In this document: one piece after another, positions 24,892 to 37,469 of the stretch
How the letters are laid out: each line of letters opens with the position of its first letter
Numbering within the stretch: the first letter of the stretch is position 1
Source of the DNA: Mobula hypostoma
Lineage: Eukaryota
DNA length: 64,000 nt
Direction: 5' to 3'
Assembly: GCF_963921235.1 (NCBI RefSeq)
Contig: NC_086106.1
Span: forward strand, 20,770,001-20,834,000
Notes under the pieces: model-generated
Databases searched by the model: none
What the model saw: only the letters and a program-made list of their open reading frames with translations
Told to the model about the DNA's origin: nothing
Position numbers and translations under genes: made by a program

Positions 24892-25960
24892 GGGAATGGA
24901 ATATTCTCCGTGACTTCCGCCTCCAACATATTATTCTCCGTAACTTGCGCATCCAACATATTATTCTCAGTAACTTCTGCCTCCAACATATTATTTTCCG
25001 TAACTTCTGCCACCTCCAACGGGATCCCACCACTAAGCGCATCTTTCCCTCCCCCCCTCTCTCTGCTTTCAGTAGGGATCGCTCTCTACGCGACTCCGTT
25101 GTCCATTCGTTCCCTCCCATCTCTCCCCACTGATCTCCCTCCTGGCACTTATCCGTGTGAGCGGAACAAGTGCTACACATGCCCTTACACTTCCTTCCTT
25201 ACCACCATTCAGGGTCCCAAACAGTCCTTCCAGGTAAGGGGAAACTTCACCTGTGAGTTGGCTGAAGTGATATACTGCGTCCGGTGCTACCGATGTGGCC
25301 TTTATATATTGGCGAGACGCGACGCAGATTGGGAGACCGCTTTGCTGAACACCTACGCTCTGTCCGCCAGAGAAAGCAGGATCTCCCATTGGCCACACAT
25401 TTTAATTCCACATCCCATTCCCATTCTGACATGTCTATCCACGGCCTCCTCTACTGTAAAGATGAAACCACACTCAGGTTGGAGGAACAACACCTTATAT
25501 TCCGTCTGGGTAGCCTCCAACCTGATGGCATGAACATCGACTTCTTTAACTTCTGCTAATACCCCACCTCCCCCTCGTACCCCATCTGTTACTTATTTTA
25601 ATACACACATTCTTTCTCTCACTCTCCTTTTTCTCCCTCTGTCCCTCTGAATATACCCCTTGCCCATCCTCTGGGTCCCCCCCCCCCCACTTGTCTTTCT
25701 TCCCGGACCACCTATCCCATAATCCTCTCCTATCCCTTTTGCCAATCACCTGTCCAGCTCTTGGCTCCATCCCTGCCCCTCCTGCCTTCTCCTATCATTT
25801 TGGATCACCCCCTCCCCCACCAACTTTCAAATCTCTTACTCACTCTTCCTTCAGTTAGTCCTGACGAAGCGTCTCGGCCTGAAACGTCGACTGCACCTCT
25901 TCCTGGAGATGCTGCCTGGCCTGCTGCGTTCACCAGCAACTTTGATGTGTGTTGTTAATG
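24892..25960 (+). mobile_element. Penelope-like element 3' fragment (GIY-YIG endonuclease, frameshifted)
   Basis: ORFs 24841-25533 (PGTYPCERNKCYTC...VIYCVRC) and 25284-25559 (LYIGETRRRLGDRFAEHLRSV...THFN). Confidence 0.85.
25856..25893 (+). ncRNA. Minimal type-I hammerhead ribozyme in the Penelope tail
   Basis: TAGTC-CTGACGA-agcgtctcggcct-GAAA-C-GTC-GACTG: CUGANGA and GAAA core boxes, stem I TAGTC/GACTG, a short stem II with one mismatch, and a GUC cleavage triplet. Confidence 0.65.
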
Positions 25961-25981
25961 GAATTCAGAAGTTGGTTTCTC

Positions 25982-26067
25982 CTGAAGTGCCTGTCAACGA
26001 GGTTTATTCGCCCATTGAGCAAGATAGTCACAGTGCCCAGTGTCCTCACTCACCCAATGCAATTATT
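25982..26067 (-). pseudogene. IGHJ: Unit 2 JH segment (26028-25982) with 23-RSS; frameshifted, donor lost
   Basis: Plus-strand CACAGTG-23-GCAATTATT. The 47-nt J (one base shorter than its paralogue) reads YLAQWAN/TSLTGTS, and the donor is G|gagaaa. It aligns to 1021-1120. Confidence 0.8.
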
Positions 26068-26920
26068 TCGTTTTTGACACCCTTCTTTACTAGGAGTCTC
26101 TAGAGATGTGGCTCATTAATCCCTGGCTATTAGCCATCCGACTCAGTGATGACAAAAACACCTTACTCGGACTTCTTACTTCGAGGGTAGATATGACCTG
26201 GATCCCACCAGACCCGGGAATTTGGGATGTTTCGCCCACCCGTATCCCGATTTGTATGAATAGGGTGTAACTTAGTTCCAAAAAGCAATTACTCGTCGGC
26301 AAGAAATTACAGACTGTACACGGCCTACAATTATAAAGAAAGTGTATTCCCAATTGTCAGCTTTATGGAACAGTTAGCCGGAAAAAAAAAATAATTTAAA
26401 AGAGCCCATTACTATTAACCCACTCCAAATGTGCATATAAAATGAACCTCATCTTGAAGTTGTCTTTAACTGCCGCGTTGGACTCACGATCTGCGTGAAG
26501 GTAGACACCACTTTCCTACTGTCGCTCGAAATCCTCCTCGAACAATGGGACTCTCAGTCGGGTGTATAGGTCCTTCCTCCTTGAACCCATTATTTTGCAC
26601 CAAACACCCGTGCAACAGAGACGGTATCGTCAGCCAACTTCCGTCCTGTCTTCTTCCAGCTCCCACCAAAAAAACTTCGACCAACATCAGCGTCCGTCAG
26701 AAAATCCTCTCCGCCCATGTTTTCAACAACCTTCTCCCAAATCCATGATCATGACTGGCTGACACAACACTCCTAAGTTAAACAACAAAGCTCCTTACCT
26801 TTAGCTCAAACTCAAATAAGCTGATAGCAGAACAAACTGCTCTTACAAAACAGCTAAAAGAAATACCTACAGCATAGCAGTAAAAATCATAACAGGGGCG
26901 TGCACTTCCCGGTCACATCT

Positions 26921-26975
26921 AATTATCTCAGTATCGGTCAACATGAACCCTGTCCGGAAGTGGAGCAGCCGCTTC
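26921..26975 (-). pseudogene. J-like remnant (unit 2)
   Basis: GGA CAG GGT TC-ATG TTG ACC GAT ACT GAG|ataatt resembles GQGTMVTVT with a 1-nt deletion and GT>AT donor loss. Paralogue of 1554-1610. No RSS found. Confidence 0.45.
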
Positions 26976-27211
26976 AGATTTCATTCCCAAACTCCGACCT
27001 TGGATCCTCCTGTCATTTTCAGATATTTCCGTCTGTGGACATATGCTCCGACATACTCCAGAGACAGAGTAGAATACTTTCGGGAATTTCTTGCTCCGCA
27101 ATAGACTTTTACCTCTGTAATACAAATCAGGCTTCATGTAGATGACTCTGGAAAGCAGCAAAGCGAATTCGTGGATGCAGACTGCGCCGCAGATCTTGAC
27201 TTGTCAGGAGC

Positions 27212-27275
27212 AGTTTCTGGTCATCTCCCTACCGCCATTGTCTATATCACGGTGCTTCACTGAAGATCACAAACT
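27212..27275 (-). pseudogene. IGHD: Unit 2 D2-type segment (12/12 RSS)
   Basis: 5' RSS CACGGTG-12-TCACAAACT (plus, 27248-27275); core ATATAGAC; 3' heptamer decayed (AATGGCG), followed after 12 nt by CCAGAAACT. Confidence 0.7.
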
Positions 27276-27636
27276 GCCTTCATTACATAGAACCAAAAAT
27301 CCGGTAGATCCCAAGCCGGCCAACCGTCTCAAAAAGCTTTCCTCTTTTGGTGGGTATTTCACACAGTGGGTCTCAATGTCCTCCATCCCAGTGTGAAGTG
27401 GAGAGGATACAATCCAACAGGACTTTTCATTGAACTTCCACTGACAGCTAATCCTCCGTGTTCCGTTCCCATCCAAAGACATCTCCATCGGAAGTTAGAC
27501 CCACTCCCAGATTATCCTCTCGGGATCTGATTTATACCAATGGCTTCCAGGGTAAAGGTTGGTGGAAACGCTCGAAGAGCCCAATATAAAGTTTTGTTGC
27601 AGTATACATGTGCATGGAGCGAGCCGCCATCTCTCG

Positions 27637-27688
27637 CACTGTACCACCCATTATAGTTGCCACTGTGATGTACAGACATACGATAACC
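27637..27688 (-). pseudogene. IGHD: Unit 2 D1-type segment GCAACTATAATGGGTGG
   Basis: 5' RSS CACTGTG-12-ACGATAACC (plus, 27661-27688); 3' heptamer TACAGTG (CAC lost) with no good nonamer at 23 nt. The core resembles elasmobranch D1 (ACTACAGTGGGT-like, recalled from memory). It lies ~370 bp from the V RSS. Confidence 0.7.
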
Positions 27689-28057
27689 TCCGCCCCTCTC
27701 ACTATCCCCCAGCACAGTTACTCCACAGTCAAACTGTACTAGATCACCAAAATAACCTTGACCATAATTGTTTCTCATGACTCCTCCATTTACTGTCACG
27801 CATAGACTAAAACTCCACACTTTGACCAGATTGACCTGTGACCAAATTTCCACTCACGCCGCTTGCCTCTGATCTGATATCAGAAGTGACCCAGTGAGCT
27901 ATTCCATCCATTCATCCAGCATTTCTTCTCAGGATTCTCCGTTGACAATCCGCCTTCCATTGCATGGACGATCGAAGTGCTCAGATAGCCTGGAATACAG
28001 CTGTGGCGATCACTGTTGTGCTTTTCCTCAGCGCCCTAAAGGCAGGCACTCTCTCAG

Positions 28058-28548
28058 AGTGTTTGTTCCGGTCCAGTTGCGATCCCTCTCAATCTGTCTC
28101 TCGTACAGTAATAGGTGGTAGTGTCATCCAGTCTCAGGTTGTTCATTTGCAGATGAGCGGTGCTGCTATTCTTGGAAATCTTAAATTTGCCTTGGAACCC
28201 AGGCGCGTAGTTCTTGCTCTGTTAGCCCATATAACCGCTACCCATTCCAGCCCTCTCCTGGAAACCTGTTTCACCCAGTGCATGTCATAGCTTCTGCGGC
28301 TAAATAGAGTCAATGCACACAAACGTCTGCGAGAGTGTCCAGGATTTACCACCGCTGACTCGGGCTGTGTCAGTTCGATGTCCGTTCGCACGCCTGTAAT
28401 TAAACGAACAGCAGGAATTAATAACATATTTCACGGACATAGTTTCACAAAGTCTCCGAGAAACAGCAGGTAGCGGGTGGGCGACAAGACACTGGATACC
28501 TAACAGCCAGGCAAAACTCGAGTAGACAAAGATAGAAAGAACACTCAT
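28058..28548 (-). pseudogene. IGHV: Unit 2 IgH-type V pseudogene: leader 28548-28500, V exon 28393-28097, RSS 28096-28058
   Basis: Leader MSVLSIFVYSSFAWLL-G, then GVRTDIELTQPESAVVNPG...SYDMHWVKQVSRRGLEWVAVIWAN. After a 1-nt frameshift it continues SKNYAPGFQGKFKISKNSSTAHLQMNNLRLDDTTTYYCTR. The RSS is CAGATTG-23-ACAAACACT, with the invariant CAC lost. Confidence 0.92.
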
Positions 28549-28649
28549 CCCTCTGAGCACTGAGTCAAACTTCGACAACTTTGTGATGGTTGCTTCTTCT
28601 CAGGCCGGCTTTATCGGAAGACGCAGTGAACGCTGTTTCAACAGAGACA

Positions 28650-29140
28650 CAGACTGTGAGAGAGAGGGAGTCGTGGCTTGAACAGGATTTCACTCACTGA
28701 AACCAGAGTCGTAGCTTCCTGTTGACATCTCCAGCAGGGAGTTCAATTCCCCAAAAGATGTTTGTCTCTGTACAGGAGTCGGTCAGCGATCGTGACCAGA
28801 CCCGAAGATAAGAGTTGTCACGCTCTATTCAATTCATGATATCAACGTACAACAGAAAGTGTAAATGGAAACACAGATAATCCAGGGTAGAGCGAATGAC
28901 GGACACCAGTACGTGAGCGGGTATTTCCATGAAAGACAGAGACTGACAGACGTCAGTTAGTAGACAAATATCACCCTGTGTGTCTGCAGAACAGCGACAG
29001 CAGTCCGTGGACAGATATCCCCTGTGAGTCATGAAGAGAGAGACTCTAGTACGTGGATAGATATCCCGCTGAAAGACAGAGAGTAAGACAAGGAAGTCAA
29101 TGACCGGCTGTCCTTCTGAGGACGCAGACTGAGAGACACT
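28650..29140 (-). promoter_or_regulatory. Unit 2 V upstream conserved block plus ~46-bp minisatellite
   Basis: Homology to 3100-3455. Confidence 0.55.
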
Positions 29141-31302
29141 GGCTTGTGTAGGAAATTGCATTAAGCAACGAAATTAATTATCGCACTTTCTTCTATCTGC
29201 TCCCATATCAGTGGAATCAATAACCAATGATTTTTGGATGTGTCTGTGTTTACAGAGGGTCATTTTCGAAGTGCGATGTTGGGATATCGACCATGAGTGT
29301 ACAGTGATCAATTAATCCAGAGATATTAAATGGTTGTTGGAATGAGTCTGACGTTGCCAGGAGTGGAGAATAGATTTCACCTTTTGCCTGAAATCGGGAA
29401 TTTGAATTGCATGGAGTAGTTGGATATGCTGGATTTACTTTCACTGGAACAATGAAGGTAAACCCTTACTTTCGTGAAATGTGTAAAATTGTAAGCAGTA
29501 TAGATACAGCTACAACCCTTTTCCCTTGGCACGGAACGTAACAACCAGAGGGAAAATATGTATGGTTATTTGGAAGAGAATAAAGACTATTTGAGTGACA
29601 TTATCCCACACACTGGGCTGTGGCTATCTGCAATTAGCTTCCTAATATGGTGGTGCAGCTGATACAATCCGTTGTTCAAAAGATATTCGTGCAGGTAACT
29701 GAAGAGGAAGAGCAGAGAATGATGGGGTCAAATACAGAGAAAGGACGGAATGCATATAGCCATCTTCGGCGGTCGAAAAATCCAGTTTCTGTGTTGTGCA
29801 GTTCTCTAAATTTCTTGCACGGTATCCACAACGCGCTGAAGGACTTGAACCTGTGCTGTAAGATCACTGATCTACCCCGCCCCCATCGCAGTACGCTTAT
29901 AGTGGTGAAAATGGTGGCAAGTGTTGGGGTCAGTGATAGTCATCGTGAATAACCCACCTCCACCAACGATACGAATTAGTTTCATTGGGACATGTTGTAT
30001 ATTCTTGTACTGATATCGCATGTACTTGGTGCGTGGTAAAACACCCACTATCTTTTCTTGACCTGGGAACTTCTTTTCAAACCTTTTATATCCACTTGAC
30101 ACATGGCTGGAATCAAAATGTTGATCATTCTTCTTCTTCCAATAGGACGATAGCTTTGTCATAGTGCTTGGAGGGTTGCCTGCCACAATGACATGGAGAT
30201 TTTTCTTGGCTGGATTCAGAACATTGTGGTTTGACTCTTGGTCGGGCCACCAATCCTAATCAGGTGAAATGGTATAGGCTAGACTGAGAGTGGTCCGCTG
30301 ATACTCTGGTTTCGGGTGTTCTCTTGCTCTGAGTACGGTTCTATGACTCAGAAGCGAAAAGGAGAGAAGAGGCAGGCTGTGGTAATAGAAGATTCGTTAG
30401 TTATCCTCCGAACCCTCAGGCGGTTCTGTGGGCGATAATGAGTTTGCCGGATGGTATGTTGCTTCCCTGCTGCCAGGGACGGGTTATCTCCGATCGAGTC
30501 CCCAGCATTCTTAATTGGGAGCGTGAAAAGCCAGAGTTCATGGTCTACGTACGTGCCAATAGCATGGGTGACCAGGTTCTGCATAGGGAGTTCAGGAGGT
30601 TAGGTGCTATGTTAAAGGATAGGACGTTCAGGGTGGAGATCTGAGGATTTATACCCATGCCACATGCTAGTGAGGTCAAATATAAGAAGATTATACAGTT
30701 TCACATGTGCCTAAGGAGTTGGTGCAGACGGGAGTACTTATGATTTTAAGATAATTGAGCTACCTTCCTAGGAAGATAGGACCTGTATAGAAGGAAGTTC
30801 TTGCACTTGAACTGAAGAGGGAACTGATATCCTAGCGGGAAGATTTGTTATCCCAGCGGGAGGGTTTAAACTAGGATTGCAGAGGAATGGGGACCAGAGT
30901 GGTAGAACAGTTACTGTAGAGACGTGGAGACTACAGACCATATTCTGTGCCTCAGTTGAATTAGACCAGAGCGGCAAAGATTAAAGGAGGTGCGGCGTTA
31001 TTGGACAGGGAAAACGACACCACAGTACACGGTCAGGTCAGACTGGATATCTCGACGGGTGAGGCGTTATGGGTGGAACTGAAAAATAGGAAACGTAAAA
31101 CCACGTTGACAGGGCCTTATTACAGACCATCTACCAGTCTGAGGGATTTAGAGGAACAAAAATGTAAAGAGATCGCAGACTGCTGCAAGAAACATCAGGT
31201 TGTTTTAGAAGATGATTTAAAACTTTCGACATATTGACGGGGAATTTCATTCTGTAAATTGACTAGATGTGATAGAGTTTCCCAAATATGTTGAAGAAAC
31301 TT

Positions 31303-33970
31303 GTTGAAGGACATAAGCCGGGAAGATGTGGAATCGATATGGGTAGAGCTGCGTAACACTAAGGGGCAGAAGACGCTGGTGGGAGTTGTGTACAGGCCAC
31401 CTAACAGTAGTAGTGAGGTCGGAGATGGTATTAAACAGGAAATTAGAAATGTGTGCAATAAAGGAACAGCAGTTATAATGGGTGACTTCAATCTACATGT
31501 AGACTGGGTGAACCAAATTGGTAAAGGTGCTGAGGAAGAGGATTTCTTGGAATGTATGCGGGATGGTTTTTTGAACCAACATGTCGAGGAACCGACTAGA
31601 GAGCAGGCTATTCTGGACTGGGTTTTGAGCAATGAGGAAGGGTTAATTAGCGATCTTGTCGTGAGAGGTCCCTTGGGTAAGAGTGACCATAATATGGTGG
31701 CATTCTTCATTAACATGGAGAGTGACGTAGTTAATTCAGAAACAAAGGTTCTGAACTTAAAGAGGGGTAACTTTGAAGGTATGAGACATGAATTAGCTAA
31801 GATAGACTGGCAAATGACACTTCAAGGATTGACGGTGGATATGCAATGGCAGGCATTTAAAGGTTGCATGGATGAACTACAACAATTGTTCATCCCAGTT
31901 TGGCAAAAGAATAAATCAAGGAAGGTAGTGCACCCGTGGCTGACAAGAGAAATTAGGGATAGTATCAATTCCAAAGAAGTAGCATACAAATTAGCCAGAG
32001 AAAGTGGCTCACCTGAGGACTGGGAGAAATTCAGAGTTCAGCAGAGGAGGACAAAGGGCTTAATTAGGAAGGGGAAAAAAGATTATGAGAGAAAACTGGC
32101 AGAGAACATAAAAACGGACTGTAAAAGTTTTTATAGATATGTAAAAAGGAAAAGACTGATAAAGACAAATGTAGGTCCCCTGCAAACAGAAACAGGTGAA
32201 TTGATTATGGGGAGCAAGGACATGGCAGACCAATTGAATAATTACTTTGGTTCTGTCTTCACTAAGGAGGACATAAATAATCTTCCAGAAATAGTAAGGG
32301 ACAGAGGGTCCAGTGAGATGGAGGAACTGAGCGAAATACATGTTAGTAGGGAAGTGGTGTTAGGTAAATTGAAGGGATTGAAGGCAGATAAATCCCCAGG
32401 GCCAGATGGTCTGCATCCCAGAGTGCTTAAGGAAGTAGCCCAAGAAATAGTGGATGCATTAGTGATAATTTTTCAAAACTCGTTAGATTCTGGACTAGTT
32501 CCTGAGGATTGGAGGGTGGCTAATGTAACCCCACTTTTTAAAAAAAGAGGGAGAGAGAAACCTGGGAATTATAGGCCGGTTAGCCTAACGTCGGTGGTGG
32601 GGAAACTGCTGGAGTCAGTTATCAAGGATGTGATAACAGCACATTTGGAAAGCGGTGAAATGATTGGACAAAGTCAGCATGGATTTGTGAAAGGAAAATC
32701 ATGTCTGACGAATCTCATAGAATTTTTTGAGGATGTAACTAGTAGAGTGGATAGGGGAGAACCAGTGGATGTGGTATATTTGGATTTTCAAAAGGCTTTT
32801 GACAAGGTCCCACACAGGAGATTAGTGTGCAAACTTAAAGCACACGGTATTGGGGGTAAGGTATTGGTGTGGGTGGAGAATTGGTTAGCAGACAGGAAGC
32901 AAAGAGTGGGAATAAACGGGACCTTTTCAGAATGGCAGGCGGTGACTAGTGGGGTACCGCAAGACTCAGTGCTGGGACCCCAGTTGTTTACAATATATAT
33001 TAATGACTTGGATGAGGGAATTAAATGCAGCATCTCCAAGTTTGCGGATGACACGAAGCTGGGTGGCAGTGTTAGCAGTGAGGAGGATGCTAAGAGGATG
33101 CAGGGTGACTTGGATAGGTTGGGTGAGTGGGCAAACTCATGGCAGATGCAATTTAATGTGGATAAATGTGAAGTTATCCACTTTGGTGGCAAAAATAGGA
33201 AAACAGATTATTATCTGAATGGTGGCCGATTAGGAAAAGGGGAGGTGCAACGAGACCTGGGTGTCATTATACACCAGTCATTGAAAGTGGGCATGCAGGT
33301 ACAGCAGGCGGTGAAAAAGGCGAAAGGTATGCTGGCATTTATAGCGAGAGGATTCGAGTACAGGAGCAGGGAGGTACTACTGCAGTTGTACAAGGCCTTG
33401 GTGAGACCACACCTGGAGTACTGTGTGCAGTTTTGGTCCCCTAATCTGAGGAAAGACATCTTTGCCATACAGGGAGTACAAAGAAGGTTCACCAGATTGA
33501 TTCCTGGGATGGCAGGTCTTTCATATGAAGAAAGACTGGATGAACTGGGCTTGTACTCGTTGGAATTTAGAAGATCGAGAGGGGATCTGATTGAAACGTA
33601 TAAGATCCTAAAGGGATTGGACAGGCTAGATGCGGGAAGATTGTTCCCGATGTTGGGGAGGTCCAGAACGAGGGGTCACAGTTTGAGGATAGAGGGGAAG
33701 CCTTTTAGGACCGAGATTAGGAACAACTTCTTCACACAGAGAGTGGTGAATCTGTGGAATTCTCTGCCACAGCAAACTGTTGAGGCCAGTTCATTAGCTA
33801 TGTTTAAAAGGAAGTTAGATATGGCCCTTGTGGCTACAGGGGTCAGGAGGTATGGAGGGAAGGCTGGGTTTTGAGTTGGATGATCAGCCATGATCATAAT
33901 AAATGGCGGTGCAATCTCGAAGGGCCGAATGGCCTACTCCTGCACCTATTTTCTATGTTTCTATGTTTCT
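31303..33970 (+). mobile_element. Young 5'-truncated CR1 LINE with an uninterrupted 857-aa ORF2 (partial AP endonuclease plus RT)
   Basis: ORF 31301-33874 with SQHGFVKGKSCLTNL, YLDFQKAFDKVPH and KFADDTKL; (ttctatgt)n tail; AAACTT at both ends (31297-31302 and 33971-33976). It is nested in an older CR1 relic (~30300-35800). Confidence 0.92.
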
Positions 33971-36900
33971 AAACTTTCCATCATTGGTAGGTTGAATCAG
34001 ACAAGGTAGGTGACCAAGGTTTGTGTAGGGTAGCACTTCGCATGTAGTGACCACAATGCTATTAGTTTGGAACTACTGTATATATGAAAAAAAAAGATAG
34101 GATTGGTCCGCGGGTTGAGATTGTAAATTGGAGAAAGGCAAATTTGAGAGTATCAGAAATGATCTGACAAGTCAGGGATTGGAACAGCTTTTTTTTTTCC
34201 TGGCAAAGGTGTACTTGGTAAGTAGACGGCCTTCAGAAACACATGTTGAGAGTCCAAGGCTTGTTTGTGCCTATCAGAATAAAATATAAAGGTGACAAGT
34301 GCGCGGAACCTTCGTTCTAAAGAGATAACGAGGCAATGGTGGAGAAAGAAAAGTAAGAGCACAACAGTTATGAGCATGCAGGAAGAAATGAGCTGTTTAT
34401 GGAGTGTACGAAATGAAAGGGAACACTTAAAGAGAAATTCGAAGGCGTAAAGAAGGCATGAAGTTGCTCTGGCAGTCACGGTGAAGGAGAATCATAAGGG
34501 GGTCTACAGACATGTTAAGAGCGAAAGGATTGGAAGGGGCAAAATCGATCCTCCGGAAAACCAGAATGGTAATTCACGTGTGGAGCCAAAACATACAGGG
34601 TAGTCCTTAAATGGATTCTTCGCATCTGAATTTGCTCAGGAGACACATACAAAGTCAATAGAAGTGAGGCACACCAGTATCAAATTCATGGACCCTGTGT
34701 AGATTACAGAGGAGTAGGGATTTCCTATCATGAGACAAATCAGGGTGGATAAATCGTCATGGCCTGCCAGGCTGCGCCCTCGGACCCTACGGAAGTCAAG
34801 AGTAGAAACTGCGGAGGTCCAGGTAGAGCTACTTAAATAATGCTGAGAAATATGGGCGTTAGCAGAGGATTGGAGGATAATCAATGTGGTTCCGCTGTTT
34901 AAAAAAAAAATGCTCTAAACGTAAACCAGGAAATTATAGTTCGCTGAGTCTGATATCAGTTGTGGAAAACGTCCTTGGAATTATTGTAAGAAACCGCATA
35001 AATAAGTAATTGGATAGACATGAATTGATGGACAATAGTCAGCATGCCTTCGTGCGTGGTAGCATATGTCCAACCAAGCTTATAGAGGTTTTCGAGGAAA
35101 CTACCAGGAAAGTAGATGAAGGCCAGGCAGTGGATGTTGTCAAAATGAACTTTGGTCAGGTTTTTGGCACGGTCTCGCATGGAAGCTTAATGAAGAAGGT
35201 TGGTCGCTCGGCATTTAGGATGAGATACAAATTTGATTCGACATTGGCTGAGGGACAAGCCAGAGATAGGTACTAGAGGGTGGATGCTCTACCTGGAGGC
35301 CTGTGACTGTGCCATAGGGATCGGCGCCGTGTCCTTTTGTTTGTAATATATTTGAATGTTCTGGATGGCAATACGGGTACTGAATCGGCACATTTACAGA
35401 TATACCAAGATTGGGGATGCAGTGAACAGTGAGGAAAGCTATGTCGACTTGCAGAGACATTTACATCAGCTGAAAAATTACACGTCCTATTCAATGAAGA
35501 CAAATGCAATGTTTTGCATTTCCGTTGGACCACCAAGGGCAGGTCTTACACAGTGAGCAGTGTGATGAAAGAAAGGAATCTGGGAATGCAGGTTCATAAT
35601 CCGTTAAAAGTGGCGTCACAGGTAAATATGGTCCGAAAGAAAGCTTTTGGTACATTAGCCTTCATAAATCAATTTATTCTGTATAGGAGGTGGCATAATA
35701 TATTGAAGTTGTATAACACGTGGCTGAGGCCCGCTTTGCAGTATTTTGGGCAGATTTGGTGGCCTGCCTATTCGTCGTTAGGTCGCATCTGGAATTTGCA
35801 ATTGGCGCCGATTTCCCTCCACGCCGCTCTGACATATTGGGAAAATCATGTACTCGGCTACTTACAGCAGTGTTTTCCCTTTGCATTCTTCCGGGAGAGT
35901 TTAAAGAGATCACCACCTCTTGCGGTGGATGACCAGGACGTCCACGTGTCTTGTCGTGCTCTTAGCGCTCCAGCAACGCCTGCTGGACTGCCTTCTTGAC
36001 CTTTGGACCATTAATCGGTCTCCTCCGCTCAATCTGCCAGGGCCAGACTTTACACACTGGAACCGGCAGATCCCATACCTACCTATCTCACTGGTTTGGT
36101 CCGTCTGCCGAGACAGTTTACCGGGCGTGGCCGCTGCGCGGGCTACAGCTACTTGGAGCCACAGGTGAGAGCTGAGCGCCAGGTAGGGACCAAAAGTGGA
36201 CGAGCTGCCCTGAAAAAGACTACGGCAGACCCTCCCCTCGCCAACAACAGAGGTGCTACCCCTCTCTAGACACCTCATACACCCCGACCTACCTATAGGG
36301 AAGATGGAAACACAGCTGAAAGAATGCCTTGAAAAATTCCAAGGATATTTCGGGGTCTGGAAGACCTGGGTTATGCGGGAAGGTTGATTAGATTACGACT
36401 GTGTTCTGCAGAACGGAGAAGAATGAGAGGTAAATTGATATTAGTATACAAAATAATGAGGGTTATAGATAGTTTAAATGTAGACAGGCTTTTTACACTG
36501 AGGTTGGGTGGGACTACAATCATAGGTCTTGTGTTAAGGGTGAATAGTTAGGTTTAAGAGGAACATTAGGGGAAACGTCTTTACTCAAAGAGTCGCGGCA
36601 GTGTGGAATAAGTTGCCAAGCAAGTGGTGCATGCAAGACGGATTTCAATGTTTAACAGACGTTTGGATAAGTGCCTGGATAGCAATGGTACGGAGGGGTA
36701 TTTTCCGGTGCATGTCGGTTGGAGCAGGAAGTCTAAATGGTTTCGTCATGGACAAAATGGCCAGACCGGCCTCTCTATGTGCTCTATGACTCCCTGACTC
36801 TGGACTAGGCGCGACATAATCAAGGCAATACATTTACTCAAAATTCACGGCATTCCTCCCAACTATTCCTTAGCGGAATTAAGAGCTCCATGTTTCATAA

Positions 36901-37469
36901 ATTAGTCCCCTATTAAATCTACATACTAATCCGAATACCATCCCCTTTCTGACTCTGATACGATTGCATGCATTACCCTTGACAGCACTCGTTTTGTCTA
37001 ACAAAAACGTGTGACTACAAATTCCACACGCTCAGTTATCTCGGGTATAGGGCGTTCCTCTGAACTCCCTATGAAGATTACGGATGGAAATACCATTCTT
37101 TGAGTAAAGTAAACCCAAAGTATGGGAAACACTCCGTATGCCATTCATAAACTGCGGAGAGCGAAACCCTGATTAGATTTCAGTTCTGTGGAAGCGTCTC
37201 CAACCTGAAACTGGTCTTCGTTCCGAATGTATAAGCTATTTCTATATCCACTACAGATTTACAAGAATTGCAGTTTTATTTTGGTATAAAGTTTAGGATA
37301 AGCAGATTTCTACTTCGTGTAGGGAAGACGCTCTCCCAGGACTGTTCTGTCAAACGCAGAGAATATTTTAACTAACCTCTTCCAGCGTATAAAGACCCAA
37401 ATGACCCCCCCCCCCTGAAACTTGTGACCTTCGGTGCTGGCACAGTTCGAATGATATAAGTTAAATACG

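Larger units (their letters stand above)
17190..29140 (-). other. Paralogous copy of unit 1 (1-3455) expanded by transposon insertions
   Basis: Collinear alignable blocks by eye: 1-330~17190-17500, 350-450~20840-20930, 650-870~21890-22115, 1015-1120~25960-26065, 1560-1640~26930-27010, 1820-2260~27180-27610, and the V with its promoter. Confidence 0.85.

Noticed and set aside
27700-27750. CTGGGGGATA (TRDD3-like) next to heptamer-like sequences
   Set aside because: The nonamer ATCACCAAA matches only 3/9; the true D1 lies at 27644-27660.
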